Of a DNA stretch of 64,000 nucleotides, positions 50,900-59,657 are shown one piece after another (positions within the stretch are counted from its first letter, which is position 1; the number at the start of each line of letters is the position of its first letter). Source of the stretch: a virus; IMG/VR virus record IMGVR_UViG_3300045922_000167, positions 1 to 64,000 of that record. The stretch is one strand, 5' to 3'. A program made the translations under genes and the position numbers. Under the pieces are notes generated by a model. That model made no database searches, had not been told where the DNA came from, and was given only the letters and a program-made list of their open reading frames with translations.

Positions 50900-51497
50900 T
50901 TTAGAGATTATAAGCACCGAACCAAAAGACGTAACTATTTCGTCTAATAGAAAAGAAAGATCTGTAGAATACTACCAATCAGAGTCTGAGATTCTTCAAG
51001 CTCTTATTGATAGTAAAGCATTACCAGCTTGGTGTGATACCAAAGAAAAAGCGTTTGTAATCGCTCAGAAAGCCAAAGAATTAAACATTGGTATTATGGC
51101 TGCCTTTGACTATCTAATCATGGTACAAGGCAAAATAACGCTAAATGCGAATGGTATTAACTCCTTAATACAAAAAGCTGGTTACGAAATTGAGATGGTG
51201 TACGACTACGAACCTCAGTTTGATAGCAACGGTGAAGTAATAGATTATATTACTACTATTAATTTGTATATGCCAAGTAAATTAAGACCTGGTGTAATCA
51301 ACAAATACACAGATACTTTTAGATATTCTGATGCCATAAGAGCTGGTATTACTGGTAATCCTACTTGGCAAAAATATCCAAAACAAATGATGTTTGCTCG
51401 CTGTCTTACAAATTTATGTCGTAGATTTGCACCTAACATACTTGGTGGTTTATATACAAACGAAGAAATCCAATCAATCAATGCCGAAGAAAAGTAA
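50889..51497 (+). CDS. RecT/Bet-like ssDNA annealing protein
   Basis: WQKYPKQMMFARCL...RRFAPNILGGLYTNEE. Confidence 0.75.
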   Translation: MENNLEIISTEPKDVTISSNRKERSVEYYQSESEILQALIDSKALPAWCDTKEKAFVIAQKAKELNIGIMAAFDYLIMVQGKITLNANGINSLIQKAGYEIEMVYDYEPQFDSNGEVIDYITTINLYMPSKLRPGVINKYTDTFRYSDAIRAGITGNPTWQKYPKQMMFARCLTNLCRRFAPNILGGLYTNEEIQSINAEEK

Positions 51498-51684
51498 TAA
51501 ACATAGAGTTCCTGTAGCTGTTGTTCGTTTTTCTTTTGAAAAAGAAAATGAAGCAAATTTCGATATAACTTTACAAATTATCGAAGAAATAATGTACATG
51601 GAATCTATGAAATACGAACCAGATGTATTTGATGATTGGGTCAATCAGGAATTAGAAAAACAAACAACTTCCCACCCTGAGTAG
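51481..51684 (+). CDS. Small hypothetical protein
   Basis: Likely start MPKKSNK at 51481. Confidence 0.5.
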   Translation: MPKKSNKHRVPVAVVRFSFEKENEANFDITLQIIEEIMYMESMKYEPDVFDDWVNQELEKQTTSHPE

Positions 51685-51733
51685 TTTTGCTCATTTACTA
51701 CGCTTACAATCATAAATGAGCATATTCTTCAAT

Positions 51734-51764
51734 TACCCTTGCGTGTTAATGCAAGGGTTTTTTA
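51734..51764 (+). terminator. Intrinsic terminator
   Basis: ACCCTTGC/GCAAGGGT stem plus T tract. Confidence 0.8.
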
Positions 51765-51791
51765 TCTTACAAACCTTAAAGTTTAATTAAT

Positions 51792-52397
51792 ATGTCAGTA
51801 TTAAGTAGAAACAGAATTTTAGAAGAGTTAAAAAAAGGTTCTATTGTCATAGAACCTTTTGATATTGAATTGTTAAGTGAAAATAGTTATGATGTAACGT
51901 TAGGTAATAAACTTAAATTACAAGTATGTAACGATAATTACAAACTTAATATGGAAATAGATTTAGATGATGATAAGTCTATTCCTGATATGTACAAACA
52001 TCAAGATGGTGGACTTTTAATGACGCCTGATATGACAATATTAGGCGTTACGCAGCAATATACCGAAACATACTTATTCTATCCTAAAATGGAAGGGAAA
52101 AGTAGTTTAGGTAGACAGTTTTTAGGTTCTGTTGATTTAGCTGGTAGCGGAGATATAGGCTTCAAAGGATATTGGACTCTTGAATTAACTACCAGACGAA
52201 ATGTTAGATTATTCACAGGTATGAAAATAGCTCAACTGCTTTATTATACCGTTGATTGTACTGAAAGTGAATTGAAAAGATTTACTGAAGCTATGAAAAG
52301 TAAAAGTAACACAGGTTACTCTAAAAAAGGAATTGATTCTAGATATAACAATAATGAACAAATTCCTATCGAAGCAAGAAAAAACTACGATAAGTAG
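51792..52397 (+). CDS. dcd: dCTP deaminase (Dcd/dUTPase superfamily)
   Basis: SYDVTLG, EGKSSLGR, GDIGFKGYWTLE, GMKIAQL. Confidence 0.85.
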   Translation: MSVLSRNRILEELKKGSIVIEPFDIELLSENSYDVTLGNKLKLQVCNDNYKLNMEIDLDDDKSIPDMYKHQDGGLLMTPDMTILGVTQQYTETYLFYPKMEGKSSLGRQFLGSVDLAGSGDIGFKGYWTLELTTRRNVRLFTGMKIAQLLYYTVDCTESELKRFTEAMKSKSNTGYSKKGIDSRYNNNEQIPIEARKNYDK

Positions 52398-52458
52398 TTT
52401 GTTATGAAACTAAAATTTTTTTAATTTAGCACTTTATTAACCATTTTATTTAAATATT

Positions 52459-53154
52459 ATGTTTAAACCTATCATCACTCCAAAACTAAGAAAAAGTACA
52501 AAAAAGACTATTTTACCTAATGGTCATTTTGTACTAGGCCTAAAAAACATGAAGTTTAATAAGGCCTTTTTAAGAAACGTTATTCAAACTGATGAGAACG
52601 TAAAAAATGACCCAGTAGCGTATTTTACTATAGCTAATGGTACACAAGGTACGGTTCTTGTTTGTAATCCTATTATTAATAACCCTGTTAATTATGTATC
52701 TCCAACAGTAGTACGAGATGTTTCTCAGAACTACGAACTAGAAGATACAGACTTAGTGTTATTAATGTCTAAGCAACCATTTGCATTAACTACTATGAAG
52801 TGTTTTAACATTTCAAGTATTGGTGTATCAAATGGTACTGCTGAAGTTATTGACCAACTTATTGGTAAGTATGGTCGTGAAATTCCTACAAGCTCTACTG
52901 AAGTAGCACTTCGGGATAGCAATGGGAAACTTCAATTAACGCCAAATAACGAACCTATATTTGTTAAGAAAGCAACGTACAACAAGGCTGTATTTGAATG
53001 CTATGCCGTAGCTGTTGTAACTAGTCAAGTAGACGCTAACGCTAAAAGTCCTATTTACGCTTTGTTATTTAAGTTAGTTGATGCAAGTCAACCTCAAGAC
53101 AAAGAAAGAATTAATTTAACTAAAACTTTAAGTGCGTTATCTATTCGTAAATAA
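52459..53154 (+). CDS. Hypothetical protein
   Basis: 231-aa ORF followed by a terminator. Confidence 0.7.
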   Translation: MFKPIITPKLRKSTKKTILPNGHFVLGLKNMKFNKAFLRNVIQTDENVKNDPVAYFTIANGTQGTVLVCNPIINNPVNYVSPTVVRDVSQNYELEDTDLVLLMSKQPFALTTMKCFNISSIGVSNGTAEVIDQLIGKYGREIPTSSTEVALRDSNGKLQLTPNNEPIFVKKATYNKAVFECYAVAVVTSQVDANAKSPIYALLFKLVDASQPQDKERINLTKTLSALSIRK

Positions 53155-53182
53155 ATTAATCTTAAATTAGTCATTCACAACT

Positions 53183-53209
53183 TAGGGCAGCATTACACTG
53201 CCCTTTTTT
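53183..53209 (+). terminator. Intrinsic terminator
   Basis: AGGGCAG/CTGCCCT stem plus T tract. Confidence 0.8.
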
Positions 53210-53252
53210 ATACTCTAATCTTTTAATCTTTAACCTTTATATACAAAATTTT

Positions 53253-53945
53253 ATGTCTAATCAAAACTTTTTCGCAGGCTTTGACGCCAACAAAATTGAG
53301 GAACAATCTGTTTCTATGGTTCCAGGTTTGTACAACAATATTATCGTAGATAATATTCGTTTGTACCCAGCTAAGGATGGTACGTTGAATAACGGTGCTA
53401 GCATCAAGCTAGTATTTTACCGTTACAATGCAGATGGTATTAAGGAGAAAGCGTATGGTACGTTATGGTTGTTTGCTAAGAACCGTAAGACACAGCAACC
53501 TGAACCTAACAGTTCGCAAGTGTTATCTGTAATAGGTAACTTACTATTACTTATAGGCTTTGACGCTAACAAGGTAACTGAAGAGGTACGTAAGTGTACG
53601 AATTGGGAAGAGTACGTTAAGTTAATTAATGGATTTATTGATTCGTTACCTGAAGACAGACGTTTAATTCAGCTGTTAGTAATGAACGCTTATTCTGATA
53701 ATGAAAAGCGTTATGTAAGACCTGAGGTTAACGTTAACAAGCCTTTCTGTGCGAAGAATAACTCTCAAGAGACTTTACATTTTGATGAGAGTAAGTTAGT
53801 TGCGCCAATTACTACATCTACGGTAGTATTACCACAAGCTGGTAAAGGTATATTACCTACAATGCCTGGTATTCCTAAGCCTGCTGCAATACCATCTATG
53901 CCAATAATGCCAAAACCTCTTGGAAATACTGGTGAAAGTAAGTAA
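53253..53945 (+). CDS. Putative ssDNA-binding protein (DUF669-like)
   Basis: FDANKIEE...VPGLY N-terminus, beta-rich core, Pro-rich tail; replication context. Confidence 0.4.
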   Translation: MSNQNFFAGFDANKIEEQSVSMVPGLYNNIIVDNIRLYPAKDGTLNNGASIKLVFYRYNADGIKEKAYGTLWLFAKNRKTQQPEPNSSQVLSVIGNLLLLIGFDANKVTEEVRKCTNWEEYVKLINGFIDSLPEDRRLIQLLVMNAYSDNEKRYVRPEVNVNKPFCAKNNSQETLHFDESKLVAPITTSTVVLPQAGKGILPTMPGIPKPAAIPSMPIMPKPLGNTGESK

Positions 53946-54027
53946 ATTTGCTACTCGTTTTACCATAATAGTTTTTGTCCATAATTTTAGAATGAAAGCA
54001 TAAAGTCGTGATGATTTTAAGGCTTAG

Positions 54028-54063
54028 CCTCCCCTTGATTAACTTCAAGGGGAGTTATTTTTT
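54028..54063 (+). terminator. Intrinsic terminator
   Basis: CTCCCCTTGA/TCAAGGGGAG stem plus T-rich tract. Confidence 0.7.
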
Positions 54064-54124
54064 AATGTTATTATTTACTAAGATACACTACGCCGTAGTG
54101 CAGCGAGTCGCTACCGCTGAGGAC

Positions 54125-54160
54125 AGGGCAGGATTAATTTCCTGCCCTTTTATTTATTTT
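54125..54160 (+). terminator. Intrinsic terminator
   Basis: AGGGCAGGA/TCCTGCCCT stem plus T tract. Confidence 0.75.
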
Positions 54161-54185
54161 CTTTTAACCTTAAACTATTTTAGTT

Positions 54186-54494
54186 ATGTACATATTAAAA
54201 GACATTACACCTGGAAGTTCGTTTAATAACTTTCCTAAATCAGGTAAGCAATTTCGTAGCTTACGTGATATTAAAAAGTACTTTGATGATTCTGAATGTG
54301 TTTACGTAGTTGAAGAAATGACTAGTGATTTTGAACCTTCAGACTACTTGATTACAGTATCGTCTGGTGATTGTAAATATAGCGGTATGTCATTCAAGGC
54401 TATATATAACGTAGATGACTTTGATGATGACTTTGGAGAAGAAGACTATTTAGATTTTGACTATGATAATTACGATGCTGAACATCCTTATTAA
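54186..54494 (+). CDS. Small acidic protein
   Basis: C-terminus DDFDDDFGEEDYLDFDYDNYDAE. Confidence 0.7.
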   Translation: MYILKDITPGSSFNNFPKSGKQFRSLRDIKKYFDDSECVYVVEEMTSDFEPSDYLITVSSGDCKYSGMSFKAIYNVDDFDDDFGEEDYLDFDYDNYDAEHPY

Positions 54495-54505
54495 TTATAT
54501 CCAAA

Positions 54506-54805
54506 ATGAGACATTTAACTAACGAAGAGTTAACTAGTATTGTAACGAATTTATTCGAGAATTCAGAAATAGAATCTTATTACTTGTATTATGATTTTTC
54601 TCCTTATGATGATGATGACTTAGTTTTACCAGAAGGGTTACCAATAAGTATTATAGGCTGTACTAAGTACATTAACGAATCTATTATTTTACTTGCCTCT
54701 CCTACTGAGGAGTACGTTTACACCAACAAATGGGGAGTAGAAGTAACCTTAGATGAAGTATTGGAACTTACTACAGACTATATTGGTGTTAAAGATGACA
54801 ATTAG
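54506..54805 (+). CDS. Small acidic protein
   Basis: D/E- and Y-rich 99-aa ORF. Confidence 0.7.
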   Translation: MRHLTNEELTSIVTNLFENSEIESYYLYYDFSPYDDDDLVLPEGLPISIIGCTKYINESIILLASPTEEYVYTNKWGVEVTLDEVLELTTDYIGVKDDN

Positions 54806-54807
54806 TT

Positions 54808-55899
54808 ATGACCGATGAATCTCTAACAGAACAAAAGTTATTTGACGCTGTTACTGAGCTAGAGATATTTAGTTTCGTAATGGGTGTTGATGTTGTTGTA
54901 GGAAAGGCTTATTCATCTCCTTTACGTATAGACATACACCCATCATTTTATATATTTAATTCTGTACGTGGTAGTAATAAACTTATGTGGAAAGACCACA
55001 GTACAGGTGAGTCTGGTAATGTATTTAAGCTCATTGCGTTACTGCATGGGCTTAAATACCCAGATTCGCTTAGATGGGTTAATAGGGAGATGGGTATAGG
55101 TTTACCTGATGACTACATAGATATTTCCGAAAAAGGGTACGCACGTAACGTTCCTAAACGTATTTTTTCTCCTTCTTCATTACCCACTGAGTACTCACAG
55201 AAAGTTAATTCCGTTAAGGAATTTAAATTCGTATATAGATTCTGGGAAATGTACGACTTTGATTATTGGAGTCAATATTGCATCACACCAGAAACTCTTA
55301 CGTTTTATCACGTCAATGCAGTAGATCAAGTTTGGATGAATGACAAGTTCCTATTTAGAAGTACTAAATACGAACCTGTTTATAATTATGTATTCGTAAA
55401 CGAAGTAGACAATACTTTAAGGTATAAAATCTATAAACCTTTAAGTCATAGATCTAGAAAATGGTTAAGTAATTGTAATGTAGATGTTTTACCTGGATAC
55501 ATACAATTATTATATTTGCAACAGAATGGATACGTATTCGATTCTAATTCATTTCTAGTTATTACAAAGTCTTTGAAAGATACTATGGTATTACATGAAT
55601 TAGGTATACTATCTATATCAGTTAATAGTGAAACTTCTGGTATTCCTAAATATCATTTAGAAAATATTATGAAGCTTGGTATTAATAAATTTCTAATATT
55701 GTACGATAATGACGAAGCTGGAAGATCAAACGCATTAAAATTATCTCAGCAATATTCTATACCAGCCATAGAAATACCTGAAGAATATCAAGTAAAAGAC
55801 ATTTCAGATTTAATTAAATATTATGGAAAGAACACGACAAAAGAATTTACGCAATACTTCAAAGAATACGCAGGTTACCCTAGATTACAATTACGATAA
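54808..55899 (+). CDS. DNA primase (Toprim, crAss-type)
   Basis: SPLRIDIHPSF, WKDHSTGESG, ITKSLKD, LYDNDEAG, KDISD. Confidence 0.88.
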   Translation: MTDESLTEQKLFDAVTELEIFSFVMGVDVVVGKAYSSPLRIDIHPSFYIFNSVRGSNKLMWKDHSTGESGNVFKLIALLHGLKYPDSLRWVNREMGIGLPDDYIDISEKGYARNVPKRIFSPSSLPTEYSQKVNSVKEFKFVYRFWEMYDFDYWSQYCITPETLTFYHVNAVDQVWMNDKFLFRSTKYEPVYNYVFVNEVDNTLRYKIYKPLSHRSRKWLSNCNVDVLPGYIQLLYLQQNGYVFDSNSFLVITKSLKDTMVLHELGILSISVNSETSGIPKYHLENIMKLGINKFLILYDNDEAGRSNALKLSQQYSIPAIEIPEEYQVKDISDLIKYYGKNTTKEFTQYFKEYAGYPRLQLR

Positions 55900-56524
55900 A
55901 AGTTTATTTCAAATTAGCTATGTATGTAGAAAAATAGACGATAAAAAAACAAGTATATTTTTTATTATTAATAACTTTCCTATGTGGTTTGTATTAAGTA
56001 AAAAACAAAAAGCTAAGTACAAACCAATTGTAGAAGTATTAGAAGACGGTAGTACAAAACTAGAATACAAACTAGCTAATGCTAACAAAGTAAATAAACC
56101 TAAGTATTGTAAGTTTAATATGCAGCAATTGTATTCAGGTAATTTACATTATAGTGTTAGAGCTAAAATAGTAAAAGAACTTCACGATTTGCTAATGCCT
56201 ACACTAAGACAAGCTGCCAAAGAATTTCCTAAGTTTAATTCAGGAAGGTTTCATATTGAATACACTATGAATCAAATTCCTAACGCAGCTTCCGTAAGAT
56301 TAAATAACGAAACTTATACGTACAATACACAGGAAAATAAATCTCGTTGGGATTTGTTTAATACAATAACGCCTTGGATTAAAGTATTTGAAGATTGTTT
56401 GGTGGAATCAAATATACTACCAGACGATTCAGTAAAATTCTTAGTTCAAACAACATATAATTATAATTCAATTAACAGATTAGACAAACGCTTTTTATCA
56501 GTAACTTTAACACATATATCATAA
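55823..56524 (+). CDS. RusA-like Holliday junction resolvase
   Basis: DLFN...WIKVFEDCLVESNILPDDSV matches the RusA D..N..K...D.L.....DD pattern; start uncertain. Confidence 0.6.
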   Translation: MERTRQKNLRNTSKNTQVTLDYNYDKSLFQISYVCRKIDDKKTSIFFIINNFPMWFVLSKKQKAKYKPIVEVLEDGSTKLEYKLANANKVNKPKYCKFNMQQLYSGNLHYSVRAKIVKELHDLLMPTLRQAAKEFPKFNSGRFHIEYTMNQIPNAASVRLNNETYTYNTQENKSRWDLFNTITPWIKVFEDCLVESNILPDDSVKFLVQTTYNYNSINRLDKRFLSVTLTHIS

Positions 56525-56525
56525 C

Positions 56526-57581
56526 ATGGAACAAAACATAGAAATCTCATTTGATGTTGATGATTTGTACGATGAGCAGTATTTCGCACATCCTAACATT
56601 TCGTCATCAGATTTAACTATCTTCAGAGAAGGTGGTTTAACTAACTTCATTTACAAGAAGTATTATAAGAAAACTAATTTAGATACCGAGTCATTAACTT
56701 TAGGTTCGTTAGTACATTGTTTAATACTAGAACCTCAAAAGTTTAATGACAGGTATTACATAATTAGTGGACAAAAGCCGATATCGTTTAATCAAGAAAA
56801 GTTCGCAAGTTTAGTAGCAGGCGGTATGGACGTAATTGAAGCCTATACTAACAGCTATTCTGTTAAAGGAAAGTCTGAAACTAAGATTAAAGAAGAAGCT
56901 GATAAGCTGGCTATGGATTTATTAGCTTATATACAATCTTTATCTCAAGCGCAAGGTAAAATAGTAATAAGCCAAGAGCTATCTTCATTAGCTATATCTA
57001 TGTATAACGAAGGGTATTTAAGACATCCTTGGATACAACAAAATGTAATAAATGCTTGTGGTTGTAGAGGAGATGTAGTACATGTAGAACGAGCTGTGTT
57101 TTGGGATTGTCCTGTTACGTTAGTACCGCTTAAAGCTAAAATTGATAAGTTAATTATTAACGATAGGTCAAGAACAATTACTGTGTTAGATTTTAAGACT
57201 ACTAAAAACGCTGGATTTGGATTCTTAGAATCAATTGAGAAATATCATTATGTGCAACAAGCTGCGTTTTATACGAAAGCATTAAAAGAATCTAACTTAT
57301 TGAATGAAGATGAAAAAACGTATAGTATGAGTTATTATCTTATTCCAATTCAATCATCAGAACCAATTCATGCTAATGTTGTACAAATACATAATGATAG
57401 TATTCAATATGAAATTGCAAAAATAAACAACACATTAACTCAGTTACAGTCAAAAGGAAATATTCGTATATTTATTAACGAAATATTAAATAATCCAGAA
57501 GATAAACCTGAGTTTAGTACTCTACCTCTTATAGGTTCTGATAATGATGTAAAGGTTTATAATTATGGAGAATATATTTAA
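56526..57581 (+). CDS. PD-(D/E)XK exonuclease (RecE/ExoVIII-like)
   Basis: ISSSDL, GSLVHCLILEP, KAKID, DFKTT, YVQQAAFY. Confidence 0.88.
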   Translation: MEQNIEISFDVDDLYDEQYFAHPNISSSDLTIFREGGLTNFIYKKYYKKTNLDTESLTLGSLVHCLILEPQKFNDRYYIISGQKPISFNQEKFASLVAGGMDVIEAYTNSYSVKGKSETKIKEEADKLAMDLLAYIQSLSQAQGKIVISQELSSLAISMYNEGYLRHPWIQQNVINACGCRGDVVHVERAVFWDCPVTLVPLKAKIDKLIINDRSRTITVLDFKTTKNAGFGFLESIEKYHYVQQAAFYTKALKESNLLNEDEKTYSMSYYLIPIQSSEPIHANVVQIHNDSIQYEIAKINNTLTQLQSKGNIRIFINEILNNPEDKPEFSTLPLIGSDNDVKVYNYGEYI

Positions 57582-57996
57582 GCTTTATGATGAGTTCTTT
57601 GCACAGTTCAAACCTTATTTAAATGGCGATGTTTGTTTACTTTTTCCTTACAGATTTATATTAGTTACGTACGAAAAAGAAAATATTACGCATAAAGCAT
57701 CTGTATTATTAGGTTATTTTGATGCCAAAGCTGATAATATTTGCAGACTTCAAGTAATATCTCAAGTAGAGTATACAGATGATAGGGAATTAGATATACA
57801 AGCAGTTGCTTACATCTTATTAACCCTTCTACGTAAAACTGTTTTCGTAGAAGGGTTTAAATTTTTCGCTAAAATGAACTTGCAATTCGGTGGAGACGAA
57901 GATGACTACCTATATAATCTTTGTTTCTCTATACCAGCCACTGAGTTAGAGCGTTATACGCTATTTTACAGTTACACATTTCAACCTGAAGGTTAA
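57565..57996 (+). CDS. Hypothetical protein
   Basis: 143-aa ORF in operon. Confidence 0.6.
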   Translation: MENIFKLYDEFFAQFKPYLNGDVCLLFPYRFILVTYEKENITHKASVLLGYFDAKADNICRLQVISQVEYTDDRELDIQAVAYILLTLLRKTVFVEGFKFFAKMNLQFGGDEDDYLYNLCFSIPATELERYTLFYSYTFQPEG

Positions 57997-58290
57997 ATGG
58001 AAAATTACATTATACTAATTACAAGTAATACAACTGGAAAAGATAATGAATGGAATACACAATACCATAAACTACCATTCAGTTGTATTGAGGAAGCATA
58101 TAAAGAAGCTGAACGTTTGTGCAAAGAATTAAACAATACGTCAAATTACGAAAGACTTATTGTAGATTGTTTTGTGACAAGCGAAAAGGCTTTAGAACAT
58201 ACTTTTAAGTGTAACAAGTTTGGTGAGTACTACTATACAGTAATCTTACCAGCAACCCTTAGACATATGAACCGATTAAAACCTATTTAA
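57997..58290 (+). CDS. Hypothetical protein
   Basis: 97-aa ORF in operon. Confidence 0.6.
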   Translation: MENYIILITSNTTGKDNEWNTQYHKLPFSCIEEAYKEAERLCKELNNTSNYERLIVDCFVTSEKALEHTFKCNKFGEYYYTVILPATLRHMNRLKPI

Positions 58291-58294
58291 AACT

Positions 58295-58882
58295 ATGTAT
58301 ATAATGCAAAGAACTTTAAAAGACTTCAAGAAGCCAACGGCTTCTGATGATCATCCAAATTACGTAGAAGACTACGATTGGACAGCATTTGCTACTTCTC
58401 CGTTAGTGGAATGGACGCCTGAATTAGTAGAGAGCTATGTAGATATAGCTCCATACTGGTTTTATGGATTATTAGAACTGTTCTTTTATACAAAATCTAA
58501 TAATAAAGATTTAATAGCAGCTGCAAAAAAATGTAAAATAATTAAAAATAAAAGAGTTAATTACTTAAGTTATTTAATTAACGAAGTAATAAAAGAAGTT
58601 AAAGAAAACTATAAACCTAATCAAGAAGATGAAGAAACTTATCTTAATGATTTAATACATGACGTAGTAGACAGAAACATGCCTATATACTTTGAAACTA
58701 CTTTAAGTTGTGTACAAAACTTAGACATACAGTATTTACGAGATACTGAATTACATGGTAATGGTAAGTCTCTTATTGATATGATAAACGCATGTATTTC
58801 AGAGCAGATAGTTAATGAAACTCAAGACGCAATTGAGTCGTGGAAGAAAAATTCAAAATTTAATATAAGCAATCTTTCATAA
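58295..58882 (+). CDS. Protein with C-terminal T7 Ocr (gp0.3)-like domain
   Basis: aa ~93-183 align by eye to recalled T7 Ocr: KEN, L.D.IH...D...P.Y, D..L....K..I....A.I.EQ. Confidence 0.65.
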   Translation: MYIMQRTLKDFKKPTASDDHPNYVEDYDWTAFATSPLVEWTPELVESYVDIAPYWFYGLLELFFYTKSNNKDLIAAAKKCKIIKNKRVNYLSYLINEVIKEVKENYKPNQEDEETYLNDLIHDVVDRNMPIYFETTLSCVQNLDIQYLRDTELHGNGKSLIDMINACISEQIVNETQDAIESWKKNSKFNISNLS

Positions 58883-58892
58883 TTTAAAAGCT

Positions 58893-59657
58893 ATGGGTAC
58901 TTCAAATAAATTTACAGAAGTTCAAGTTAATGAGCTTAAAAAAAGACACGAATATTTTAAAAAAAAATATTCGATGAAAGGTGATAAAATAGAACGTCTT
59001 AGATTATTCGCAGAAGATGAAGAAGTATGTTTTGTATATTTTATTGATGATTTTTGTACAAAATATGTAGTAAAAAAAGCTAAAATTAGTAAGGTAGAAG
59101 AAGCTACATATGGAATATCTAGCACTTATTATAGTTACACCGTAGATTTAGGTTCAAATTTTCATTTTACTTTTGTTGATTATAATTCTGATATTTATTA
59201 CTTAGTAGGTAAAAATGAAGATATTATTGCAAGATATCTTACTAAGTATTTAAAACCTTATAACTTAGCTGTTTATTATGAATCTGATAACGAAGAAAAC
59301 AAAGTTTTCGTTATATCAGAAATTGTTGAAGAAAAATTAATAAAACAAAATAATAAAAAACTAATAGGAGTAAAAGATGATGAAAGCAAGCTAAAGTACA
59401 CACTAATTCCACACGAAGTAGTTACAGCTTTAGCTAAAGTATTTCATTACGGAGCTACTAAATATCAACCAGATAACTGGAAGCACATAGAAGATAAACA
59501 TAGAATATTAGATGCTCTTTGGAGACATTTAATAGCCTATCTATCAGGTGAGGAAATTGATCAAGAGTCTGGCTTACCACACATAGATCATTTACTTACA
59601 AATGCTGCGATGTTATCGTATTTTCACACTAATAACAAGAAAGAACAACATGATTGA
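58893..59657 (+). CDS. dATP/dGTP diphosphohydrolase (DUF5664) domain with N-terminal extension
   Basis: GVKDDESKLKYTLIP...YGATKY..DNW...RHL...GEEIDQESGLPHIDH...NA. Confidence 0.85.
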   Translation: MGTSNKFTEVQVNELKKRHEYFKKKYSMKGDKIERLRLFAEDEEVCFVYFIDDFCTKYVVKKAKISKVEEATYGISSTYYSYTVDLGSNFHFTFVDYNSDIYYLVGKNEDIIARYLTKYLKPYNLAVYYESDNEENKVFVISEIVEEKLIKQNNKKLIGVKDDESKLKYTLIPHEVVTALAKVFHYGATKYQPDNWKHIEDKHRILDALWRHLIAYLSGEEIDQESGLPHIDHLLTNAAMLSYFHTNNKKEQHD

